Source: Candidatus Obscuribacterales bacterium (GTDB taxonomy: Bacteria > Cyanobacteriota > Vampirovibrionia > Obscuribacterales > Obscuribacteraceae). Taken from it: a DNA stretch of 64,000 nucleotides. The number at the start of each line of letters is the position of its first letter. The first letter of the stretch is position 1. The stretch lies in contig CBDDIJ010000003.1 of assembly GCA_965228855.1 (NCBI GenBank), forward strand, positions 2,144,001 through 2,208,000, given 5' to 3'. The notes under the pieces were generated by a model. The model ran no database searches. It saw only the letters and a list, made by a program, of their open reading frames with translations, and had not been told where the DNA came from. Shown in pieces: positions 55,970 to 64,000 of this stretch. The position numbers and the translations under genes were made by a program.

Positions 55970-56851
55970 TCAGCGATCTTTCCTCATGTGAAGGTAGATC
56001 TCGCTTGAGGTTTCCTCAATAGCTTTAGCGGACACGTCCATGACGTGACAGCCAAGTTCTCTAAAAATTTTTTTGGCGTATTTAATTTCTTGCTGGATGC
56101 GTTCTTCGTCAGCGTAATCATTGTCGCCCGGCATGCCCAAGACATGCGCGCGCGTCGCTCGAATTTCTTGCAGCAAGAAAGAATCTAAGTGAAGACCTAT
56201 AATCTTTTTCGGACTGACTTGAAAAAGGCTCAGAGGAAGGTCAACGCCGTAGACGATTGGAACGTTCGCGGCCTTCAACCCATAATGATGGGCGAGATAC
56301 ATACAGTTCGGCGTCTTGCTCGTTCGTGAGACCCCAATCAAAATCACGTCCGCTTGCAACAAGCCATCAGGGTTTTTACCGTCATCAAATCGAATAGCGA
56401 AGTCTACCGCTTCGATTCGCTTGAAATAAGTTTCGTCAAGAAGGTGAAGTCGGCCGGGTTGCGACAATGGTGATTGACTGGTCAACGTCGAAATTCGATT
56501 GATCAGTGGTCCGAGGAGATCAACCGTAGGAACATCATGCCTGGCAGCTTCTGCCTCGATCGCTTCTCTGTACTCAGGCAGTACGAGCGTATAAACGATG
56601 AGCGCTTTGTCGGAGGCAATCTCTCGCACTAAGGTCTGAATCTGCTCGACATTCTTCACCTGCGGCAATCTGAAGATTGAAGCGCGACCAGGGGGGAACT
56701 GAACGAGCGCGGCTCTGGCAACCGAATCCGCTGTTTCACCACTCGAATCCGAAACCGTGAAGATGATCAAATCTCTGCCGTCATCGGGCAGCCGTGCCAG
56801 CAATTCGTCTTTACGAGCTTCGTTCACACTCAACCACCGATAGCTGTTCAA
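55970..56851 (-). CDS. ppsR: PPDK/PEP synthase regulatory protein (kinase/pyrophosphorylase, DUF299)
   Basis: VSDSSGETA, YFKRIEAVDFA..DDG, GVSRTSKTP, KAIEETS; immediately upstream of ppdK. Confidence 0.95.
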   Translation of the reverse strand: MNSYRWLSVNEARKDELLARLPDDGRDLIIFTVSDSSGETADSVARAALVQFPPGRASIFRLPQVKNVEQIQTLVREIASDKALIVYTLVLPEYREAIEAEAARHDVPTVDLLGPLINRISTLTSQSPLSQPGRLHLLDETYFKRIEAVDFAIRFDDGKNPDGLLQADVILIGVSRTSKTPNCMYLAHHYGLKAANVPIVYGVDLPLSLFQVSPKKIIGLHLDSFLLQEIRATRAHVLGMPGDNDYADEERIQQEIKYAKKIFRELGCHVMDVSAKAIEETSSEIYLHMRKDR

Positions 56852-57349
56852 AACGCGAACTTCATTTTCCCATCCTTATAAAGAGCGGGAGAAAATAGCT
56901 GCTTATTTTTAGTATTTCCTATCGGCAAACGGTTTTCAGGACCCGCTCGGGAGCAGGAGATTAGCCGCAGCTAATTCACAATCGCAATTATTTGTTAACA
57001 ATTCGAGCCGGGCCAAATTAGGCTTGAACAATCGAGTATATCTAAAAGGATCCTCTAAGCCTGTTAGCGAAGAAGCTCATCACAAGCCACTCTTCCAGGT
57101 CCTGAAACCATTTTGAAACCGAAATTCAGTACGGATTCGCTCGTACTATCGCTGTCCATCGGCATCAAACCGCTCCGTTCCAATTTACAAACCCTTGCTC
57201 TCTTAAACTGCACTCGCTAATAATCGATTATCTGCTTGGCGATGGTCTAGTCTCCATTTCCAAGTCCGCCGCTGCATTGGAATAGTTTTGACACCTGCCG
57301 GAAAGGCGGGTTTTCATCTTTGAATTGTTCCATAGCGTGCACGTTTCCT

Positions 57350-60300
57350 ATGACTAAACGGATGGACTGCTGCTTGTTCAATCGTGACGAACAACTGAAT
57401 TTCGAAGAGCGCGACGCCTGCGGCGTCGGATTCATCTACCGCCCGGAAACTTCTCGAAGCACCATAGATGATGCCCTGAGCGCGCTGGCACAGATGGAAC
57501 ACCGCGGAGCTACGGGTGCAGATGGTGTCACCGGAGACGGTGCCGGAATTCTTACGACCATTCCAAAGGAGATTTTTCGACGCGAAGGCATTTCGATCGA
57601 TGCAAAAGACGCACTTGCTGTACTTTTTATTCCGGACAACTTAAGCAAGAGACGCAACAGCGACTTGATCGCGATGCACAGGGAGTATATCGAAAAGTTT
57701 CTCAAATCAAAAGGGTTTACCGCACGTATATGGCGCCCGGTGCCCGTGGTCAGAAACACACTTGGTCCCGTAGCCCTCAAGCATGCGCCTTTGATCGAAC
57801 ATCTGATCATTTCATGCGACCGCCACCTGATCGGAAGAGAACTGGATCGCGCCTATGCTGAGTTGCGCGTTTCTCTGAGTCAATTCATGCGATTTGAAAT
57901 TGGCGAACCGGACTTCTATGTTTCCTCCCTGTGCAGAAAGACGATCGTCTATAAGGCGATGACCACCAGCCAAGGACTTGTTGATTTTTACAGCGACTTG
58001 AGAGATCCACTGTTTCAATCTCAATGGGCATTGTTCCATCGTCGATTTAGCACCAACACCGTATCGCGTTGGCCGCTCGCCCAACCGTTTCGTCTACTGG
58101 CTCACAACGGTGAAATCAACACTCTAAAAGGAAATCTAAACTGGCTTCATGCAAGGCTAAGTCAGTCGGAACTGGACGTACAGGCGACCTGGGACGATAC
58201 TCGAAATGAGCTTACGCCCGGCAGCAAGGTTGACTACGCCGGTTCCGATTCCAGCGTTCTCGACTTTTGCGTGGAGGCATTGTTGAAGGAAGGCGACAGT
58301 ATAGAATCTGCGTTCATGAAGCTCATTCCCGAAGCGCATGAGCACCACTCGCATTTGAACGATCATCCCGAAATACAGCACTTCTACGAGTTCTTTGCAC
58401 CACACCAGGAACCATGGGACGGTCCCGCTCTTGTTGCATTTTGCGATGCCACCACAATTGGTGCAATTCTGGACCGAAACGGTCTACGACCGGCTCGTTA
58501 TTCCTTATATTCCGATGGAACCGTATTTCTCGCCTCTGAAGCAGGTCTAAAAATCAGCGCTGACGCAGACGTTGTTAAGCGAGGGCGGCTTGGACCTGGT
58601 CAGATGATCTCGGTAGACATCAAAACCGGCAAAGTAAATCATGATGTCGAAGTAAAAACGGAAGTTGCCAGTGAGCAGCCCTTTGGTCAGTGGCTTTTGA
58701 AGGAACGTCGCGCACTCAAGAGTGGGGCTTTCAGCAAAGAATGGAGCTACAGTCCGGAAGAACTTTCGTCGCGGCAGGTTGCGGCGGCATACACGCTGGA
58801 AGACGTTGAAAGCATCATCACCTTCATGGCGATGAACGACAGTGAGCCTGTTCTTTCCATGGGAGATGACACACCGCTGGCGGTGCTTTCTTCAAGACCG
58901 AAAAAGATGGCCGACTTTTTCAGACAGCGCTTCGCGCAGGTAACAAATCCTCCCATTGACCCAATCAGAGAACGTCTGGTGATGTCACTGACGACCTACC
59001 TGGGGAAACGAGCATTAAGCCTAAATCCGCACCCGGCACTTGCACGGATGATACTTTTGCCCAGCCCGATTATCAACGATGACGAGCTGAGCTTTATAGA
59101 GGGCCTGGCGCACGAATTCAAGACAGCAAGGATATCCACTCTTTTCCACGAGAGCAAGTCTCTTGACGTAGCTATCAAACAACTTTGCAACAACGTGGCC
59201 GAATTGGTCAGGAATGACGCAGTCAATATTATTCTGAGTGACCGCGAGATAAATTCCTCTCACCTGGCAATACCTATGCTCGCGGCTGTAGGAGCCGTGC
59301 ACCATCACCTTATCCGCACGGGCTTGCGACTCAAGTGCTCGTTAGTGGTGGAAACAGCCCAGTGCTGGACGAGTCATCAAACTGCCGCACTGATCGCATA
59401 TGGTGCCCAGGCGATCTCACCATACCTTGCATTCGAGACGATCCGGCACTGGTATTGGAGCGACAAAGTTAAAGCGCTGGTCAATGACGGGACAAATGAG
59501 CAATATAGAGGCTTAACAGTTTATCAATGTCAGTCTAATTTCCGAGCTGTCCTCGAGTCTGGTTTGCTCAAAATCATCTCGAAGATGGGCGTGTCAAAAC
59601 TAACCAGTTATGTCGGTGCGCAGATTTTTGAATGTCTGGGTTTAAGTCGAGAGGTGGTTGATCTGTGCTTTACCGGCACCAACAGCCCGATTGGCGGTAT
59701 GACGTTTCAAGATCTGGAACGCGAGATTCGTGCTCATCACACGAAAGGATTTTCGCCGCAACCTGCGCTCATTGATGAAGGTGTGTTTAAAAACAAGCGC
59801 GCCGGCGAATATCACCGCAACAATAATGACCTGGTAAAAGCGCTTCACACCGCAGTGGCGTTGCGAAACTCCGATGCCGACGATGGCGTTAGAGGCGCAC
59901 AGTATAAGGAATACAGCGAACTCGTTTCTCAACAGCCACCGTCGACGTTGAGGGAACTAGTAGAAATCAGGTCTGATAGAGAACCTGTCGATCTGTCTGA
60001 GGTCGAATCGGTCGAGTCAATCGTGCAAAAGTTTTGCACAGGCGGAATGTCACTGGGAGCGCTTTCCAAAGAGTCACACGAGACGCTTGCCATTGCGATG
60101 AATCGCTTGAACGCTCGATCGAATTCCGGCGAAGGTGGAGAAGATCCAGTTCGCTACAAAAAGATCAATGTCAGCGCTGATGGAACCAGCCCGGATTTCC
60201 CAGGTCTGACCGGACTTCGCGAAGGTGATTCCGCCGCGTCGAAGGTTCGGCAAGTTGCGTCCGCCCGCTTTGGTGTAACGCCGGAGTATCTTGCCACAGC

Positions 60301-62026
60301 CGACCAGCTGGAGATCAAGGTCGCTCAGGGAGCCAAGCCGGGAGAGGGCGGTCAACTTCCCGCGCACAAAGTCTCCGAATACATCGCGAAACTGCGTAGA
60401 ACTGATAAAGGCATCACACTGATTTCGCCGCCTCCGCATCACGACATATACTCTATTGAAGACTTAGCCCAGCTGATTTTCGACCTGCGCCAAATCAATC
60501 AAACTGCCCAGGTGTCGGTCAAACTGGTATCAGAACAGGGAATCGGTCCAATAGCTCTTGGCTGCGCAAAAGCCGGCGCTGACATCGTACACGTCGCAGG
60601 GCACGATGGTGGCACCGGTGCTGCACCGGTCGGGTCGATCAAGCATGCAGGTCTTCCATGGGAACTCGGTCTGGCTGAAACAAACCGATTCCTCACTGAA
60701 AACCATTTGCGCAATCGCGTCACAGTGCGCGTCGACGGCGGACTGCGGTCTGGAGAAGACGTCGTAAAGGCTGCTGTCATCGGCGCCGATGAGTTTGCTT
60801 TCGGCACCGTCGCCCTGATTGCACAAGGTTGCATAATGGCGCGCGTCTGTCACACCAATAACTGTCCGACCGGAATCGCATCGCAGAAAGAAACACTGCG
60901 CGAGAAATTTCGCGGCAACCCGGACAGCGTTGTGGAATTCTTCCGCTTTGTCGCCGAGGAAGTTCGCTACCGGCTTGCCAGCCTCGGTTATCGCTCATTG
61001 CGCGAACTCAGAGGTCGAACCGATCTGTTTTCGCTGAAGCCTGTCAAACTGGCAAAGTGCTCGCAGCTGGATCTATCCGAGATACTGGAATATCCTGGCG
61101 GAAGCGGTGCCGATGAATATGATGAATCGATTGCCATCACATACGGTGAATCGTCGAAGACATCCTCGAAGCGCGGCGCAAACAAGTGCGGACTAAACGA
61201 ATTACTGACGAACGATCCCGAAATTGTGAGCGCAGTAGAAAATCAGTCCAGCATTATCAAGAGCTATCACATCACCAACGTAGACCGTACAGTTGGAGCC
61301 AGCCTCAGCGGTTTAATAGCCACTACCCACGGTGACACAGGATTCACCGGACAAGTGGTGTTGAACTTCAAGGGCGCTGCCGGCCAAAGTTTCGCCGCAT
61401 TCAACGCGAAGAATGTCCTCATGTACCTCCGAGGCGAAGCGAACGACTACGTTGCTAAGAGCATGTTTGGCGGAGAAGTAGTCGTCAAGCCGGATAGCTC
61501 ATGCAACGAAGAATCGCCGGTAATCGCAGGCAATACATGTTTATACGGCGCAATCGGAGGAAGATTGTTTATCGCAGGTCAAGCCGGCGAACGATTTGCC
61601 GTCCGAAACTCCGGTGCTCAGGCAGTTGTTGAGGGAGTAGGAGATCACGGCTGCGAATACATGACCGGTGGCACTGTGGTCGTTCTAGGTCCTACCGGGC
61701 GAAACTTCGGCGCTGGAATGTCGGGAGGCATCGCGATAATCCTCGACGAAGATGGCAGTTTTATCGAGCGTGTCAACAAAGACTGTGAGAAAAAGCTCTA
61801 CCACTTAACAGCGCAGTGTGAAGCTCTCGCGAAGAGCCTGATCGAAGATCACCTGAGACTTACCGGCAGCCGTAAAGCACAATTCGTTCTCGAACATTGG
61901 GAAGATTACAGAAGCAAATTCGTGCAACTGATACCGCCTGCGGAGCGCGAACGCGCCGGCATCTCTAAGGAATCGCATCCTGAAATCGTTGTGGAAAGAC
62001 GCGACCGTTTTGTCCACAGCGCATAA
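57350..62026 (+). CDS. gltB: Glutamate synthase large subunit, ferredoxin-dependent type (GlsF/Fd-GOGAT)
   Basis: ERDACGVGF, HRRFSTNT, HNGEINT, GMSLGALS, QGAKPGEGGQL, CIMARVCHTNNCPTG, GCEYMTGG; Fd-type insertion after GEGGED; no adjacent gltD. Confidence 0.95.
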   Translation: MTKRMDCCLFNRDEQLNFEERDACGVGFIYRPETSRSTIDDALSALAQMEHRGATGADGVTGDGAGILTTIPKEIFRREGISIDAKDALAVLFIPDNLSKRRNSDLIAMHREYIEKFLKSKGFTARIWRPVPVVRNTLGPVALKHAPLIEHLIISCDRHLIGRELDRAYAELRVSLSQFMRFEIGEPDFYVSSLCRKTIVYKAMTTSQGLVDFYSDLRDPLFQSQWALFHRRFSTNTVSRWPLAQPFRLLAHNGEINTLKGNLNWLHARLSQSELDVQATWDDTRNELTPGSKVDYAGSDSSVLDFCVEALLKEGDSIESAFMKLIPEAHEHHSHLNDHPEIQHFYEFFAPHQEPWDGPALVAFCDATTIGAILDRNGLRPARYSLYSDGTVFLASEAGLKISADADVVKRGRLGPGQMISVDIKTGKVNHDVEVKTEVASEQPFGQWLLKERRALKSGAFSKEWSYSPEELSSRQVAAAYTLEDVESIITFMAMNDSEPVLSMGDDTPLAVLSSRPKKMADFFRQRFAQVTNPPIDPIRERLVMSLTTYLGKRALSLNPHPALARMILLPSPIINDDELSFIEGLAHEFKTARISTLFHESKSLDVAIKQLCNNVAELVRNDAVNIILSDREINSSHLAIPMLAAVGAVHHHLIRTGLRLKCSLVVETAQCWTSHQTAALIAYGAQAISPYLAFETIRHWYWSDKVKALVNDGTNEQYRGLTVYQCQSNFRAVLESGLLKIISKMGVSKLTSYVGAQIFECLGLSREVVDLCFTGTNSPIGGMTFQDLEREIRAHHTKGFSPQPALIDEGVFKNKRAGEYHRNNNDLVKALHTAVALRNSDADDGVRGAQYKEYSELVSQQPPSTLRELVEIRSDREPVDLSEVESVESIVQKFCTGGMSLGALSKESHETLAIAMNRLNARSNSGEGGEDPVRYKKINVSADGTSPDFPGLTGLREGDSAASKVRQVASARFGVTPEYLATADQLEIKVAQGAKPGEGGQLPAHKVSEYIAKLRRTDKGITLISPPPHHDIYSIEDLAQLIFDLRQINQTAQVSVKLVSEQGIGPIALGCAKAGADIVHVAGHDGGTGAAPVGSIKHAGLPWELGLAETNRFLTENHLRNRVTVRVDGGLRSGEDVVKAAVIGADEFAFGTVALIAQGCIMARVCHTNNCPTGIASQKETLREKFRGNPDSVVEFFRFVAEEVRYRLASLGYRSLRELRGRTDLFSLKPVKLAKCSQLDLSEILEYPGGSGADEYDESIAITYGESSKTSSKRGANKCGLNELLTNDPEIVSAVENQSSIIKSYHITNVDRTVGASLSGLIATTHGDTGFTGQVVLNFKGAAGQSFAAFNAKNVLMYLRGEANDYVAKSMFGGEVVVKPDSSCNEESPVIAGNTCLYGAIGGRLFIAGQAGERFAVRNSGAQAVVEGVGDHGCEYMTGGTVVVLGPTGRNFGAGMSGGIAIILDEDGSFIERVNKDCEKKLYHLTAQCEALAKSLIEDHLRLTGSRKAQFVLEHWEDYRSKFVQLIPPAERERAGISKESHPEIVVERRDRFVHSA

Positions 62027-62063
62027 AACTGTTTTGAGCGCGAAGACCGTGCCGATTTCAAGC

Positions 62064-62399
62064 CTAAACGCAAAGTTCCAGACTTGGGTTGAACAAGCAA
62101 GAGCCGCAATAAACCGGCTTCTGACCGCTCGGTTTATACGGAACATAGGTGAGCGCATAGCACGAGGCGCAGACAACAGCGGATATCGACCCGGCGCCTT
62201 TTCGTGAGGTGCTCCTGGATCTCAAAATTACCCGGCAGTTGTGGCAACGGCTCGGCGCGGAATTCACGTTATTGGCTACGAAGTGCTTTTGCTCTGATGC
62301 GCTGAACACAAAGTCGCAGCCGCAATCAACGCAGTTCAAATATCTGTCAAACTCGGTTTGGCTAACAAAATCGTCGCCCATCAAATCAGCGTAATTCAT
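62064..62399 (-). CDS. Small zinc-ribbon protein (zf-trcl-like plus CxxC-x17-CxxC domain)
   Basis: CVDCGCDFVFSASEQKHF..PSRCHNCR and CASC..VPYKP..KPVYCGSC; RBS GAGG. Confidence 0.88.
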   Translation of the reverse strand: MNYADLMGDDFVSQTEFDRYLNCVDCGCDFVFSASEQKHFVANNVNSAPSRCHNCRVILRSRSTSRKGAGSISAVVCASCYALTYVPYKPSGQKPVYCGSCLFNPSLELCV

Positions 62400-62609
62400 A
62401 AGTCCTCAATCATGGTGGCTCGGTCATTGTTACTTTCGCTGCACAGAGACTAAGGTCGGGTTAACAGGAGATAAAAACCAGCTTATCGACTGTAAACACT
62501 AGTGTTCGCCAAAGGCTCGGAACGTTTCTATATAAACGAATGACACAAAAACGCCGGCAATGCATTAGACTCTTGACTATGAGTTCGAATTCCGCACGGG
62601 CGTCACATT

Positions 62610-64000
62610 TTGACTGATCAACCAGCAGGCTCAAAAAAACCGTCGCCGAACGACTTCAGTGTCGGCGAAGTCGTCTTCGAAAAATATAAGATCGTCAGAT
62701 TTATCAATTCAGGCGGAAACGGCCGCGTCTATCGCGCCACCGATATCTTCCGAAACGTTGATGTCGCCCTCAAAACCATGCTTTTTGATGAAGCTGACAC
62801 AAAGGCACTTATCCGTTTCCAGAGCGAGGCAAAGACAGCCTCAAAATTCAAGCATCCTAACATTGCCACCATATACGATTTCGGTTTTTCCGGAAACACT
62901 CCGTACCTCTCAATGGAATACATTGAAGGCGAGTCTCTTGCGGAGCGCCTCTCCGGCAACGACACTCTTGACCTGGAAATTTTTTGCGAGATATTTTTTC
63001 AGCTATCGGTTGCCATTCAGCACGCGCATAATCACTCGATAGTGCATCGAGATTTGAAGCCCCAGAATGTCATGATCAGTGAATGTGATGGTTTTCTGCA
63101 AGTAAAAGTTCTGGACTTCGGCGTAGCAAAAACGCTTGCGGAGAACGACATTGAAACCGCAAAACTTACAACCACAGGCGGTGTGGTTGGAAGCCCCCTG
63201 TACATGAGTCCGGAACAAGCTTCCGGAAGAGAATTGACGACTAAGAGCGATCTATATTCACTCGGTGCCATGATGTTCCGAAGCTTGACTGGCAGGTCTC
63301 CACTGAGGGCCGCTTCTTCCATCGAAACCATTATGCTTGTCGCGTCGACAAGCCCGCCGAAAATACAGACGATCAAAGAAGACGTTCCGCCTGAAATTGC
63401 CAACCTTGTGGATGCATTGCTAGATAGAGATCCCGAAGCGAGACCCGACCTTGCAGACGTAGTGATTCCGACGCTGCAGGCGGCTGCCGATAGCCTTGGA
63501 ACAAAGCTGGAAACTCCGGAAGAAATTGCTCGCGGAGCTGGCGGCAAAGGTTTTAATCGAAAATATACAGCCCTCATATGCGGTGCGCTTATTCTCTTAT
63601 TTTTAAGTGCAGGCATAATCGTTTTTTTGCTTTTGAAGAACCCTGAGATGTTCGACACCAAGAGAGAAGAGCCTTTCACTATAAACGATGACGAGACTGT
63701 AAGACCTCTCAACGTAATAATTGAACGTTTGCCACCAGTAAAGGAAGGTTCGAACGAAACTCGTTTTCTCAAGTCAGCTGATTTTAAGGCACCGCATAAT
63801 TACCTGATAAATTGGGAGAACGCAAATGCAGTCGATGAAAGTCTGCTCCTGATTCCTGAGCCTGAAAAGGTAACTGAACTACGATTGAATAAAACAAAAG
63901 TCGAGACGCTAAAGGCTCTTCCGCGATTCAAAAATTTAAAAAGACTGTATCTAGGAGAAACAAAAATAGGAGATCAATCGCTCAAAAACATCTCTGACTT
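62610..64000 (+). CDS. Ser/Thr kinase-TM-LRR protein, 3'-truncated by the window end (absent from the ORF track because it has no stop)
   Basis: Manual translation from TTG 62610: YKIVRFINSGGNGRVY, VALK, VHRDLKPQN, LDFG, GSPLYMSPEQ, TM helix, then LRR LRLNKTKV..LYLGETKIGD. Confidence 0.9.
   Translation, partial: MTDQPAGSKKPSPNDFSVGEVVFEKYKIVRFINSGGNGRVYRATDIFRNVDVALKTMLFDEADTKALIRFQSEAKTASKFKHPNIATIYDFGFSGNTPYLSMEYIEGESLAERLSGNDTLDLEIFCEIFFQLSVAIQHAHNHSIVHRDLKPQNVMISECDGFLQVKVLDFGVAKTLAENDIETAKLTTTGGVVGSPLYMSPEQASGRELTTKSDLYSLGAMMFRSLTGRSPLRAASSIETIMLVASTSPPKIQTIKEDVPPEIANLVDALLDRDPEARPDLADVVIPTLQAAADSLGTKLETPEEIARGAGGKGFNRKYTALICGALILLFLSAGIIVFLLLKNPEMFDTKREEPFTINDDETVRPLNVIIERLPPVKEGSNETRFLKSADFKAPHNYLINWENANAVDESLLLIPEPEKVTELRLNKTKVETLKALPRFKNLKRLYLGETKIGDQSLKNISD

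Noticed and set aside
62659..63772. Track ORFs 62659..63042 (+) and 63032..63772 (-)
   Set aside because: Off-frame or antisense to the real kinase ORF, which starts at 62610 and runs off the window

Overview
A 64-kb chromosomal, mostly housekeeping and signalling region of about 42 CDS. No rRNA, tRNA, CRISPR array, transposase or phage gene was recognised. The gene repertoire is kinase-TM-LRR/TPR receptor kinases, many TPR proteins, a cyanobacterial/plant-type ferredoxin-GOGAT, PPDK, Skp/OmpH and no photosynthesis genes. This suggests a diderm, non-photosynthetic relative of Cyanobacteria such as Vampirovibrionia/Obscuribacterales (inference only). Main content: GH130, a stand-alone tandem PARP-type zinc-finger protein, YbaK, a REC-PAS-GGDEF cyclase, an acyl-CoA carboxyltransferase, a Tat flavoprotein fused to PDZ-CAP, thiN, dnaE2, a LysM repeat protein, skp, a peroxiredoxin, four Ser/Thr kinases, a multi-MshEN protein, imuA-imuB, a MoxR-DUF58-transglutaminase operon, an AI-2E transporter, nadC, an SDR, ppsR-ppdK and glsF/gltB. 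The strongest novel signal is a split mutagenesis cassette: imuA-imuB and dnaE2 lie about 8 kb apart, and each has its own TTGACG-N17-TAnnnT sigma70 promoter with the same palindrome CATAC-N4-GTATG in the spacer. That palindrome is a candidate lineage-specific SOS (LexA) box. Other notable items are the PARP1-like Zn-finger pair, a 171-bp tandem non-coding hairpin repeat, a catalytically dead transglutaminase, c-di-GMP receptor candidates and several candidate leader RNAs.
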